The notes below the pieces were generated by a model. It was not told the origin of the DNA, ran no database searches, and saw only the letters and a list, made by a program, of their open reading frames with translations. A DNA stretch of 64,000 bases from an uncultured Clostridia bacterium (GTDB lineage: Bacteria > Acidobacteriota > Aminicenantia > JBFLYD01 > JBBIMS01): assembly GCA_964649495.1 (NCBI GenBank), contig CAZYPR010000005.1, forward strand, positions 7,128 to 71,127. Reading direction: 5' to 3'. Each line of letters starts with the position of its first letter. Position 1 is the stretch's first letter. The translations under genes were made by a program, and so were the position numbers. Positions 8,235 through 18,197 of this stretch are shown piece after piece.

Positions 8235-10248
8235 CTATCTTCTTCTTTATATCTTTTTGGTCGGAATTCAACTCAAGGGATTTTGTAAAGTAAAATTTAG
8301 CATTTTTTAAATCTCCTATCCGCCAGTAGCACTCTCCAAGAGCATTTAAAAGATTAATATTCTGGCCATAATGGGATAGGGCAGAATTGTAAGCCTTTAT
8401 TGCTTCCTCAAAATTTCCTTTTTTCCTGTAAGCTTCGGCAATAAGGAAATATGTATCGTATTTAACATTTTTTTTAATATAGAATGAATAAAGAGTGGAA
8501 ATTACATCATCGCTTCTTCCGAGTTTATCTAAAACCCTTGCAAGGGAAAGAGCAAAATCTTCGTTGTTTTTATATAATTCGTAAACCCTCTTCAATCTAA
8601 CAAGGGCCTGCTCAAAATTACCTTTGTTGAAAAACTGATTTCCTAAAACATAATCAATGTAAGAACTATCCCACGGAACTCCCTTGTAATAATAAACAGG
8701 TCTTGGAACAGCAGGAAGATGGGTTAATTGTAAATTGACATATTCAGATAGAATCTCATTACCTCTTTCATCTAATAAGCTAACTTTTACTTTATACAGG
8801 GATGGCAAAAATTCTGAAAGAGGAATCTCTTGATATAAATAAGTCTCTGCATTAACTCTCCGTAGATCCCTTTTGAATTCTCTAATACTCTTTCCATTAT
8901 CAATAATTGAAATCAGAAGCGTGTAATCTTTACTGCTTTCGAGCCCTGAAAATTGAAGGAATACTCCCATACTCTCTGAGCGTGAAAAGACTCCATCCAC
9001 CTCAGGAAGAAAAATAGTCTCCTCCAACTGAAAAGGTCTTAATATTCTATTGCCTGAACTCAGAGCTTTTTTCGCATAATACAAAATAAAAGAGTCTATT
9101 CTTGGAAGTAAAACAGACTCAGGGATTGATATTTCGATTTCAAAGGTGCTGAATTCCTTAGAGACAGTGTTTTTCATAATGAGACTGAATTTATAATTTC
9201 CAGGGATAATAGGGAAAAGGTCCGAAATTATTAAGGGTTTATTTCCTATCTCTTTCATTTTCTCATCATCAAAGTCAAAGGAGTACTCCTTTTCAAACTG
9301 GTAAATTGTATTATTTTTTAAATCATATACTCTTCCATTAAGAACGACCCTTGCAAAAATCTTATCTTCGTATTTGTGAAAGGTAAATTTCTTCGGCTCA
9401 ATAAGATAATGAACAAAATAAATTCCGTCCTTCTTTATTATTTTTACAAGAAAAGATGATTCAACATAATTTGCAGTGTAGTCTACTTCCACAATGTCTT
9501 TGTATCTCAAAAAATCTCTTGCATACTTATCGCTTACAAGTTTTTGGGGGAAGGATTGAACATTGGCAAGAAGAATCTCCGAAGCCATAGAAGGAGTATT
9601 TGTTGGAGAGGATGCCTCGCCTGGGATTAAAGAACGAGCTACATTGGCAACTATCGAATTTATTCTAAAGAGCTTCTCCAAAGCTTCTTCGTATCCTGTG
9701 TAATAATCCTTATAAGCTTCTAAAAGCAAAGCCTGAGGACCATCATTTATCGGGCTGTAAAGCTTAAAATCACTGCTCACACTTTCCTTGTAAAATACTA
9801 TGTTAAATGCTGGAGGTAATCCTGGAAAATTTTCGTTCTGATAAAACCATATCTCCACATCTCTGAAATCTTTGTTGTTGATATAACTTTCGATGCTTTT
9901 AGGTTCGCCAAGAATTATGTATATTTTCCCCCTGTCCGTCATCCATCCTGGTTTTCCAAATTGAAACCTTTTGTTGGCATATTCAATCCTTCTATAATGT
10001 TCTATTTTAAATTCATTCTCAGGAGTTTCAGGAATCGGATCTCTCTGTTTCCAGAAAGCCTCAATAAAAATATCCCTTTCCCTATCAGTCTGTAGCTGAA
10101 GGAATACCTCCTTTTCCGCCTTTGTAATAATATAAACAACTTCCTCCTCAAGCCATCTCTTATATTTGGGAGGAAGCTCATTTTCTGCCTTGGAAATGAG
10201 AGGTGTAAGAAAAATTAAGAAGGATAAGGGAAAAAGAAATTTTCTCAT
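8221..10248 (-). CDS. GWxTD-domain protein with C-terminal TPR repeats (secreted)
   Basis: Literal GWMTDRG motif in FGKPGWMTDRGKIYIILGEP. Signal peptide MRKFLFPLSFLIFLTPLISKA. C-terminal TPR-like repeats. Confidence 0.75.
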   Translation of the reverse strand: MRKFLFPLSFLIFLTPLISKAENELPPKYKRWLEEEVVYIITKAEKEVFLQLQTDRERDIFIEAFWKQRDPIPETPENEFKIEHYRRIEYANKRFQFGKPGWMTDRGKIYIILGEPKSIESYINNKDFRDVEIWFYQNENFPGLPPAFNIVFYKESVSSDFKLYSPINDGPQALLLEAYKDYYTGYEEALEKLFRINSIVANVARSLIPGEASSPTNTPSMASEILLANVQSFPQKLVSDKYARDFLRYKDIVEVDYTANYVESSFLVKIIKKDGIYFVHYLIEPKKFTFHKYEDKIFARVVLNGRVYDLKNNTIYQFEKEYSFDFDDEKMKEIGNKPLIISDLFPIIPGNYKFSLIMKNTVSKEFSTFEIEISIPESVLLPRIDSFILYYAKKALSSGNRILRPFQLEETIFLPEVDGVFSRSESMGVFLQFSGLESSKDYTLLISIIDNGKSIREFKRDLRRVNAETYLYQEIPLSEFLPSLYKVKVSLLDERGNEILSEYVNLQLTHLPAVPRPVYYYKGVPWDSSYIDYVLGNQFFNKGNFEQALVRLKRVYELYKNNEDFALSLARVLDKLGRSDDVISTLYSFYIKKNVKYDTYFLIAEAYRKKGNFEEAIKAYNSALSHYGQNINLLNALGECYWRIGDLKNAKFYFTKSLELNSDQKDIKKKIDEIK

Positions 10249-10337
10249 ATAATATTATACGATTTTTTGGAATGAAAAAAAATTTGCCGAATGCATTTCA
10301 AAATTTACAATTTAGTGGGAATAATTGAATATTATGT

Positions 10338-10940
10338 GTGTATAATAATATAGAAATGGGAGAATTATCAGAGAATGATTTTGTCCTGAGGGCAAAGAAT
10401 GGAGATAAATCAGCCTTTGAGGCACTTGTCCTGAAATATCAGAGAAAGATTTATTTTTTGTGCTACAGGATGACCAATGACCATGATACTGCTGATGACC
10501 TTGCTCAGGAAACATTTGTGAAGGCTTATTTTATGTTAAAGGCTTTCCGTGATGGAGAACCCTTTTATCCATGGCTAAGAAAAATTGCAGTGAATCTCAC
10601 CCTGAACCATTTCAGAAGAAAAAGAAGAGAGGTTTTTATGGGAGAATCTCTGATAAAAGAAAATGAAATTTTTAATCAAGCCAGTGAGAATAGGAATTAT
10701 CTTTACGATGAGGAATTAATAAGGGAAAAATTGGATGAAGCAATAAAGAATCTTCCTGTTGAACAGAGATTGGTTTTTATCTTGAGATACCATGAAAAAC
10801 AGAGCTATGAAGAAATTTCAAAGGCATTAAAAATCCCCCCTGGAACAGTTATGTCTCGATTGAAAAGAGCAAGGGAAAAACTTAAATCTACCCTCTTAAA
10901 TTATTTAAAAGGAGGACTCTATGAGACACAGAAAGATTAA
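10338..10940 (+). CDS. ECF-family RNA polymerase sigma-70 factor (sigma-24 type)
   Basis: Region 2 reads FEALVLKYQRKIYFLCYRMTNDHDTADDLAQETFVKAY. Region 4 HTH reads LPVEQRLVFILRYHEKQSYEEISKALKIPPGTVMSRLKRAREKL. Confidence 0.85.
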   Translation: MYNNIEMGELSENDFVLRAKNGDKSAFEALVLKYQRKIYFLCYRMTNDHDTADDLAQETFVKAYFMLKAFRDGEPFYPWLRKIAVNLTLNHFRRKRREVFMGESLIKENEIFNQASENRNYLYDEELIREKLDEAIKNLPVEQRLVFILRYHEKQSYEEISKALKIPPGTVMSRLKRAREKLKSTLLNYLKGGLYETQKD

Positions 10941-12009
10941 ACCTTTGCTCGGAGCCTATTATGATGGTGAACTTAAAGAAAAAGAGAGAGTTATTGTAGA
11001 AAGACATCTTGAAGAGTGTGAAGAATGTCGTTCGGAGCTTAATTTTCTAAAGAAAATTGAAGAAATCATTATAGATAAAAAATATGAGCCTGGGGAATAT
11101 TATTGGGCTTCATTTCCTGAAAGAGTCAAGGAAAGAATTTCAAAGAAGGAAAGCGAGTTTTTAAAAAAAGCAAAGACTTCTATTTTAAAAAATATTTTTC
11201 TAAGACCTGTCTCAATGAAATTAGCGGGAGTAATTGCTTCAATTACAATAATAGTTATAGTAAGTATTTTTTATTATGAGTTAAAATTGCCTTTTGAAAT
11301 TCCATCCCCTGAGAAAAAGCCTGTTTTATTACAGAAAAACGCAAAATCAGAAGAGCTTAAAAAAGAGATTTACAGTAAAGAGGTTCCCTCTTTTCCTATC
11401 CTTCAGCAGAAGGATAAGGAGAAAGAGCCTACAATTCTTTCGCAGGAAAAAGGATTATCAGAAACAAAAAAAGGAGAGTCGCAAGAAAAAAGTTTAGGAC
11501 TAATGGCTACTGAGGAAGAATTATTCTTAGAAAGAAAAGAGGAGATGAAAATTCGAAGAATTCCGATGACAAAAAGTTTATCAGAGGAAACCTCAGAAGA
11601 AGAAAAAATATATCAGGAGGGCTTGAGACTCCAGCAAGAGGGAAGATATGATGAAGCATTAAAAAATTATCAGTATATTCTTTACAATTATCCTTCTGGA
11701 AAAAGAGCACCTAACGCACAATTCCAGATTAATACAATCTCATCCTTCAAATTGAAGAAATTTAATGAAAATTCTCTGCGGCAGATTATAAAATCATGGG
11801 AAAAATTTATTGTGGAATATCCTGATAGCGAATTTATTCCCTCGGCAAAAAGAAATCTAACAGTAGCTTATTATCAACTTGCGATTTTAACGATGAATAA
11901 AGAGGATATTGAAAAGGCTATAAATGCTCTAAAGGATTTCTTAAAATTACCCACAGACGAGAGAGACAAATTTGAAGGAATGCTGGAAGAATTGAAAAAA
12001 TTGAAATAA
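10921..12009 (+). CDS. Putative anti-sigma factor (zinc-finger HxxxCxxC, single TM, periplasmic TPR/YfgM-like C-terminus)
   Basis: Overlaps the sigma factor gene. N-terminal RHLEECEECRSEL zinc anti-sigma motif, hydrophobic TM segment AGVIASITIIVIVSIF, and a C-terminal helical-repeat region. Confidence 0.6.
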   Translation: MRHRKIKPLLGAYYDGELKEKERVIVERHLEECEECRSELNFLKKIEEIIIDKKYEPGEYYWASFPERVKERISKKESEFLKKAKTSILKNIFLRPVSMKLAGVIASITIIVIVSIFYYELKLPFEIPSPEKKPVLLQKNAKSEELKKEIYSKEVPSFPILQQKDKEKEPTILSQEKGLSETKKGESQEKSLGLMATEEELFLERKEEMKIRRIPMTKSLSEETSEEEKIYQEGLRLQQEGRYDEALKNYQYILYNYPSGKRAPNAQFQINTISSFKLKKFNENSLRQIIKSWEKFIVEYPDSEFIPSAKRNLTVAYYQLAILTMNKEDIEKAINALKDFLKLPTDERDKFEGMLEELKKLK

Positions 12010-12139
12010 GAAAGGTATAAATTTTTTAACTTTTCTCCCTTGTTGCTTTCCCTGCAAGTTTTGCTTCCTCGTTCATCTCTGGAATATTTTCAATTTTCTT
12101 GTGTATTAAAAATATAAAGAAAAAATAGGAGGTTAAAAA

Positions 12140-13132
12140 ATGAAAAGATTTTTATACGTTTCATTGACAATTCTTCTTTTGCTCTCTTCTTTCTCTTTCT
12201 CAAAGAAGAATAGCGAAAATGTAATGAAGGAGTTTGTAAAATTAATCAGAATCAAAGAACCAATTTCTCACAAGAATCTTACAATCTTTCCTCTAATTTT
12301 AGAAAAGATCACAGGAGAGGGAAATATCCTCACTCAGGAAGAAGCTATAAAATCAGGTTATTTAAGAATTTACGAAAAGGAAAATGCTGAAGTCAATACA
12401 GTAATTGTCGAAAATATTTCTAAATCTTACATATTCCTTATGTCAGGAGAGCTACTCTCAGGCTGTAAGCAGGACAGAATGGTTGCCTATGATACTCTTA
12501 TTCCACCAAAGAGCGGAAGATTTCCTTTGAGTGTTTTTTGCACAGAGAAAGGTAGGTGGATTCATAAAAGTGAGACTTTCAAGAGTCTTCCTTTTACTGC
12601 TAATCCAAAAATGAGACAGGTGGCGATGGAGACAGAGAGTCAGGAGAGGGTATGGGCAGAAGTTTCGAGGAAGAGGGAAGAGCTAAAGGCAGAACCTTCT
12701 GAAACAGAAGCTTTTCAGCACATTGTTAAAGACAAAAAGGTTGAAAAAGAAGTTGAGGACTATGTTGAAAGCATTGATAAAATTTTTCCTTTTTACAAAG
12801 AGAAAAATTTAACAGGAGTTGTTGTGACAATTGGAGATGATATTATTTGCATGGACATATTTTATCATCCAGAGCTTTTTAAAAAATTATGGCGAAAACT
12901 TCTGCATGGCTATGTTCTTGATTCTATAGGGAAAAAGAAAAATATGAGAGAATTGCCAGTGAAGAGAATTGAAGAATTCATATCAGAGATTCTCGAAGCT
13001 AATATCTATTCTGGAGAGACAGATGGCGAGGGAGAAGCTCTGAGAATTGAATCTAAAAAAGTAAGCGGAACTGCTCTCACATTCGAGAATTTTGTAATTC
13101 ATCTCCAGTTATTCCCAAAAGCACCCTTATAA
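12140..13132 (+). CDS. Hypothetical secreted protein downstream of the ECF pair
   Basis: Signal peptide MKRFLYVSLTILLLLSSFSFS. RBS aggaggttaaaaaATG. No family recognised with confidence. Confidence 0.45.
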   Translation: MKRFLYVSLTILLLLSSFSFSKKNSENVMKEFVKLIRIKEPISHKNLTIFPLILEKITGEGNILTQEEAIKSGYLRIYEKENAEVNTVIVENISKSYIFLMSGELLSGCKQDRMVAYDTLIPPKSGRFPLSVFCTEKGRWIHKSETFKSLPFTANPKMRQVAMETESQERVWAEVSRKREELKAEPSETEAFQHIVKDKKVEKEVEDYVESIDKIFPFYKEKNLTGVVVTIGDDIICMDIFYHPELFKKLWRKLLHGYVLDSIGKKKNMRELPVKRIEEFISEILEANIYSGETDGEGEALRIESKKVSGTALTFENFVIHLQLFPKAPL

Positions 13133-13266
13133 GAGGTGGGTCGATTCTCTCTAAGAGGATTCGAAATTTAAAAAGCAAAAATAAAAGAGCTTTAAGGTTT
13201 TAGCAAATTCCTAAGAAATACTCTTCAATTGACGGAAATTTTCAAAACTGATATTATAAAATTGAT

Positions 13267-13344
13267 GGTGAGCGTAGCTCAACTGGTTAGAGCACTGGAC
13301 TGTGGATCCAGATGTTGGGGGTTCGAGTCCCCTCGCTCACCCCA
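13267..13344 (+). tRNA. tRNA-His (anticodon GTG) with genomically encoded G-1 and 3' CCA
   Basis: Folded by hand. G-1 lies opposite the discriminator C. The acceptor is GTGAGCG/CGCTCAC, the D-arm GCTC/GAGC and the anticodon stem CTGGA/TCCAG with loop CTGTGGA (GTG at positions 34-36). The T-arm is GGGGG-TTCGAGT-CCCCT, followed by CCA. Confidence 0.9.
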
Positions 13345-13714
13345 TTGATTTGACTTCATAACCTTTAAACAGATTGAAAAGAAATAAATTTATAAGCGGA
13401 TTCAGAAACTGGAAGAAAGAAATAAAAAAATATTTTAGGCTCGTAAGGAAGAATGCATTAAGTTCGGTTCCCTTGTATGCTTTTCACGGTTTAGGAGTGG
13501 CTTCTTTTAGTGGTTTTATCAATGCTATTTCTTTAATGATTTTCTTCTTCTGGAACTGGAGGAGGTTCTGGAGGGAGAGCAAGATAAAAAATTAAATTAA
13601 AAAATTTAAAAGGGAAAAAATAGGTGTAAGCTGAGTAGTTGCTGGCTTAGCTTGCGAATTATTTATAAATTGCAACCGCTGCCACGATTGCTAATATAGT
13701 TAAACCTATATAAA

Positions 13715-14746
13715 TTGAAAATATACTCTTTATCTGTTATCATTTGCAACGAGGAGAGAAAGATGAGAAGATGGATTTTTATATTTCTTTTAATTTTAAT
13801 TCCATCAATTTTTTTGGCTAATGGTTTAAAACCCGCTCATACCTACTCCATTGTTGCCTATGACCCTGAGACAGGACAACTTGGTGTAGCGGTTCAATCC
13901 CACTGGTTTTCTGTTGGCTCAATAGTTCCGTGGGTTGAAGCAGAAGTGGGTGCGGTAGCTACCCAATCCTTTGTAGAAGTCTTATATGGTCCTCTTGGAA
14001 TTGAACTTATGAGAGCAGGAAAAAGTGCGGAGGAAGCTCTTTCAGCTCTTCTAAAGGCAGATTCAAACGAATCGGTGAGGCAGGTTGCAATGGTTGATGC
14101 GAAGGGAAGGGTGGCAGTTCACACAGGGAGTAAATGTATTCCAGAAGCTGGTCATTATGTAGGAAAAAATTACTCCTGTCAGGCAAATCTTATGCTTAAA
14201 AATACAGTCTGGAAAGCAATGGCTTATGCCTTTGAAAACACAAAAGGAGAGCTTGTGGACAGATTGATGTCAGCACTGGAAGCGGGTGAGGAAGAGGGAG
14301 GAGATATAAGAGGTAGACAATCTGCAGCCATAATCGTTGTAAAAGGAAAGAGTTCGGGAGTATGGTGGAAGGATAGACTCTATGACCTTAGGGTTGAAGA
14401 CCATCCAGAGCCCTTGAAAGAACTGAAAAGACTGATAAGACTTGCAAAAGCTTACAATTTTATGAATGCGGGTGACGAATTTCTTTCCCAAAACAGAGTG
14501 GAAGATGCTCTAAGAGAATACACAAAAGGTATGGAGCTATACTCGGAAAATCCTGAGATGATTTTCTGGCCCGCTGTTACCCTTGCTTCCATCGGAAAAG
14601 TTGAGGAGAGCTTACCCCTCTTCAAAAAAGTATTCTCAATAGATTATAACTGGGCAATTCTTCTTCCAAGACTTGCAAAGGTTGGACAATTTCCTGACGA
14701 TGAAAATTTGATTAAAAAGATTCTTTCCCTTGCGCCTAAAAAATAA
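13715..14746 (+). CDS. DUF1028 (Ntn-hydrolase-like) family protein with a C-terminal helical/TPR-like extension (probable true start about 13763, MRRWIF)
   Basis: The characteristic mature N-terminus THTYSIVAYDPETGQLGVAVQSHWFSVGS (TxSIvArDpeTGelGVAvQS) follows a signal-like segment. Confidence 0.65.
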   Translation: MKIYSLSVIICNEERKMRRWIFIFLLILIPSIFLANGLKPAHTYSIVAYDPETGQLGVAVQSHWFSVGSIVPWVEAEVGAVATQSFVEVLYGPLGIELMRAGKSAEEALSALLKADSNESVRQVAMVDAKGRVAVHTGSKCIPEAGHYVGKNYSCQANLMLKNTVWKAMAYAFENTKGELVDRLMSALEAGEEEGGDIRGRQSAAIIVVKGKSSGVWWKDRLYDLRVEDHPEPLKELKRLIRLAKAYNFMNAGDEFLSQNRVEDALREYTKGMELYSENPEMIFWPAVTLASIGKVEESLPLFKKVFSIDYNWAILLPRLAKVGQFPDDENLIKKILSLAPKK

Positions 14747-16775
14747 AAAGGAGGAGGACCCCATGAAAAGAATTTTTTTTATTTTTTTAATTTTTGGTTT
14801 AACTCTTTCCTTTTTATTTGCTGAAAAGAAAACACTTACTTTCGACGATTTTATCAAAATAGGTAGGGTTTCAGACCCTCAGATTTCCCCTGATGGGAAG
14901 TTACTTGCGTATGTGGTGACATATCTTTCAAAAGAAACAAACACATCCAACTCCGACATATGGATTCTTACTGAGAATAAAGAAAAAATTCAAATCACAA
15001 GGAGCCCCCGAGCTGATTTCCATCCAAGATGGAGTCCTAATGGAAAAGAGCTTTATTTTATTTCAGCAAGAGAATCTTCACCTCAAATTTACAAAATCAA
15101 AATTGGTGGTGGAGAGCCTGTCAAAATTTCGGATGTTTATCTCGGAGTCTCATCCTTTGTTATTTCTCCTGATGGAAAAAAAATAGCATTTGTATCCCAG
15201 ACATATCCCGATTGTAAAGATGATAAGTGCAATAGGGAAAAGGAAGAGGCAAAAGAAAAGAGCAAATCAAAGGTTAGAATATACGATGGATTGCTATTCC
15301 GTCACTGGAACAACTGGAGGGATGAGAAAAGAAATCATATTTTCATAATGGATTCAGACGGAGGAGAAGCTAAAGATTTGATTAAGGGTAATTACGATGC
15401 TCCTCCGGTTGCCCTTGGAGGAAATCCCGACTATTCATTCTCTCCTGATTCAAAGGAAATCGCTTTTACAATGAATAAAGATTCTGTAGTAGCAATTTCA
15501 ACAAACAATGATGTTTTTGTAATCCCCATTGAAGGTGGTGAGCCAAGAAAAATTAGTGTTGGAAAAGGTAATGATAACCAACCTTTATACTCTCCCGATG
15601 GAAAATACATCGCATTTCGCTCCATGAAAAGACCCGGATTTGAGGCAGACAGAGAAATACTATTCCTTTATGAAAGAGGGACAGGGAAGCATATTCCTTT
15701 GACTGAAAATCTTGATAGGTCTGTTGACGAAGTTGTCTGGTCTTCTGACTCAAAAAATATCTATTTTACAGCTGAGGATAAAGGTTATAAACCTATTTAT
15801 AGAGTGAATATTGATGGAAAAATTGATAAAATCCTCGATAAAGTTTTTGTTTCCCAGGTTCGACTTTATCAGGATAATAAATTTTACTTTTTAAAACAAA
15901 GTATAAATAAACCTCCTGAAGTTTTTGCATGGACTGAAGGAGAAGACCTCCTTCAACTAACCCATGTCAATGACGAACTCCTTAAAGATATAGAAATGAA
16001 TCCTGTGGAGGAGTTCTGGTTTAAGGGAGCAAAAGGAAGAAAAGTTCATGCTTTAATGGTAAAACCTCCGAAATTTGACCCTTCAAAAAAATATCCCGCT
16101 GTATTCCTCATTCATGGTGGTCCTCAGAGCTCATGGACAGACTCATTCCATTTCAGATGGAACGCCCAGATGTTCGCTTCTCCTGGATATGTTGTCATAA
16201 TGATTAACTTCACAGGAAGCACTGGGTACGGACAAAAGTTCACAGATGATATTTCTGGAGACTGGGGAGGAGCTCCATTTGAAGACATAATGAAAGGAGT
16301 TGAGTTTGCATGCAGATTTCCATTCGTTGACAAAGAAAGAATTGCTTCTGCTGGTGCATCATACGGAGGATATATGATTAACTGGATAGCAGGGCACACA
16401 GATATCTTCAAATGTTTAATATCCCATGCGGGAGTTTACAATCTTGAAAGTATGTATGGTGCAACAGAGGAGCTCTGGTTTCCTGAATGGGAATTTAAAG
16501 GGACTCCATGGACAAACAGAAAACTTTATGAGAAATTTTCTCCCCATAAGTATGCCCAAGATTTCAAGACTCCTACTCTTGTTTCCCACGGTGAACTTGA
16601 TTACAGAGTTCCTGTAACAGAGGGACTTCAGTTCTACACAACTTTGCAGAGGAAGGGTGTTCCCTCAAAACTGGTTTATTTCCCTGATGAAGACCACTTT
16701 ATTTCAAAACCAAAAAATGCTGAAATTTGGTGGAAAGAGGTTCTTGGATGGCTCGAAAAATATCTGAAGGAATAA
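14730..16775 (+). CDS. S9-family serine peptidase (prolyl oligopeptidase / acylaminoacyl-peptidase type) with an N-terminal beta-propeller
   Basis: Repeated SPDGK propeller blades. The catalytic GxSxGG nucleophile elbow is GASYGGYM. The C-terminal D and H sit in the alpha/beta-hydrolase part (DEDH). Signal peptide present. Confidence 0.85.
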   Translation: MRLKNKKEEDPMKRIFFIFLIFGLTLSFLFAEKKTLTFDDFIKIGRVSDPQISPDGKLLAYVVTYLSKETNTSNSDIWILTENKEKIQITRSPRADFHPRWSPNGKELYFISARESSPQIYKIKIGGGEPVKISDVYLGVSSFVISPDGKKIAFVSQTYPDCKDDKCNREKEEAKEKSKSKVRIYDGLLFRHWNNWRDEKRNHIFIMDSDGGEAKDLIKGNYDAPPVALGGNPDYSFSPDSKEIAFTMNKDSVVAISTNNDVFVIPIEGGEPRKISVGKGNDNQPLYSPDGKYIAFRSMKRPGFEADREILFLYERGTGKHIPLTENLDRSVDEVVWSSDSKNIYFTAEDKGYKPIYRVNIDGKIDKILDKVFVSQVRLYQDNKFYFLKQSINKPPEVFAWTEGEDLLQLTHVNDELLKDIEMNPVEEFWFKGAKGRKVHALMVKPPKFDPSKKYPAVFLIHGGPQSSWTDSFHFRWNAQMFASPGYVVIMINFTGSTGYGQKFTDDISGDWGGAPFEDIMKGVEFACRFPFVDKERIASAGASYGGYMINWIAGHTDIFKCLISHAGVYNLESMYGATEELWFPEWEFKGTPWTNRKLYEKFSPHKYAQDFKTPTLVSHGELDYRVPVTEGLQFYTTLQRKGVPSKLVYFPDEDHFISKPKNAEIWWKEVLGWLEKYLKE

Positions 16776-16800
16776 GATGAAAAAGAAAAAATCCTGAAAA

Positions 16801-17691
16801 ATGAAGAGAGTATTACCATTAATTCTATTATCTTTCTCTGTTTCTTTTCTTTGGGCTGATAATCTCGAGATACTGAAAAATAAGACCACCAAAAAAATTT
16901 TAGAAATTTGCGATAGAATTGATGGAGTTTCAGGAGTTGCAGTAAAGGATTTAAAAAATGGGTTTACTATTCTTTTAAATGAAAATGAAGTTTTTCCTCA
17001 GGCAAGTTCAATAAAGATTTCTATTCTTTTTGAAGTTTTCAAAGAAGTCGAAGAGGGAAAGCTGAGTTTTGATGAGTTCATAGAACTGAAAAAAGATTGG
17101 AAAGTAGGAGGAAGCGGTATACTTCAGCATTTAGGTGAGCCCTCCATTTCAGTCTCAATAAAAGACCTCTGCACCCTTATGATAGTTCTTTCCGACAACA
17201 CAGCAACAAATATCCTTATTGAAAGGATAGGAATCGACATAGTAAATAAAAGGCTTGAAGCTCTTGGATTGAGAAATACTAAATTGAAGAGAAAAATGAT
17301 GGATTTTTTTGCAGTAAGAGAAGGAAGAGAAAACATTTCTACTCCTTTTGAGATGATGAATCTTCTTGAAAAAATATGGAAGGGAGAAATTTTGAAAGAA
17401 CCCCTGAGAAGTGAATTCTTTAAAACCCTTTCTATTCCAAAGGACTCATATATAAAAAAGGGAGTTCCAGAAAATGTTCCAGTTGCTTCCAAGCCGGGTG
17501 CTCTTCCCCGTGTTCGATGTGAGTCAGGCATTGTCCTTCTCGATGGAAGGCCTTATATTATCTGCGTGATGACATCATTTCTGAGAAGGGAAGAGGATGG
17601 AGAAAATCTAATTACAGAAATATCAAAATTTCTTTTTGAATTTTTTCTCACTATTGAAAAATCTACACCATACGGAAGAGGATTGGATTAA
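16801..17691 (+). CDS. Class A beta-lactamase-like serine hydrolase (secreted)
   Basis: SxxK (ASSIK), SDN (LSDNTATN) and a KTG-like KPG triad (VASKPGAL). Signal peptide present. Confidence 0.65.
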   Translation: MKRVLPLILLSFSVSFLWADNLEILKNKTTKKILEICDRIDGVSGVAVKDLKNGFTILLNENEVFPQASSIKISILFEVFKEVEEGKLSFDEFIELKKDWKVGGSGILQHLGEPSISVSIKDLCTLMIVLSDNTATNILIERIGIDIVNKRLEALGLRNTKLKRKMMDFFAVREGRENISTPFEMMNLLEKIWKGEILKEPLRSEFFKTLSIPKDSYIKKGVPENVPVASKPGALPRVRCESGIVLLDGRPYIICVMTSFLRREEDGENLITEISKFLFEFFLTIEKSTPYGRGLD

Positions 17692-18161
17692 TGATAACAA
17701 AAATTACACAGGTTAACAAAAGATTCTATCTAGGAGGATATAACATGTATAAGAAAATTTTATCTTTACCCTTTATTTTTTCTTTATTACTATTTCCAGA
17801 AATAACATTTTCTGAAGAGCTGAATATGAAGGAAGGTTTATGGGAGATAACAATAAAGATGGAGATGGAAGAAATGCCTATGGAAATGCCTGCTCATACT
17901 ATTAAACAATGCATAAAAAAGGAGAATCCTATCCCCAAGTTTGAAGAGAATGAAAAAGACTGTAAATTTACAATGAAAGAGACAAAGGGAAATATCATAA
18001 CATGGGTAGCAGAATGCAAAAATGAGGAAGGGAAAATAATAATGAAAGGAAAAATAACTTACAAAGGAACTACCTTTGACGGAGTTGTTGAAGTCAAGGA
18101 GAATGATAAAATAATAATGAAGGAAAAGCTTTCAGGAAAATGGCTCGGAGAGTGTAAATAA
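17691..18161 (+). CDS. Hypothetical secreted/lipoprotein-like protein (DUF3617-like)
   Basis: Signal peptide, GLWE motif and paired Cys. Weak family assignment. Confidence 0.4.
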   Translation: MITKITQVNKRFYLGGYNMYKKILSLPFIFSLLLFPEITFSEELNMKEGLWEITIKMEMEEMPMEMPAHTIKQCIKKENPIPKFEENEKDCKFTMKETKGNIITWVAECKNEEGKIIMKGKITYKGTTFDGVVEVKENDKIIMKEKLSGKWLGECK

Positions 18162-18197
18162 AAAGATGGTTAGAAGATTGGATTTGGAAATTTAAGT

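Noticed and set aside
11294-11497. Lys/Arg-rich 67-aa ORF within the anti-sigma factor gene
   Set aside because: It is the out-of-frame reading of a Glu/Lys-rich coding segment. The in-frame anti-sigma ORF is far better supported.
13374-13595. 73-aa plus-strand ORF downstream of tRNA-His
   Set aside because: No RBS, and a hydrophobic or low-complexity translation. It sits in the tRNA 3' flank and is probably non-coding.
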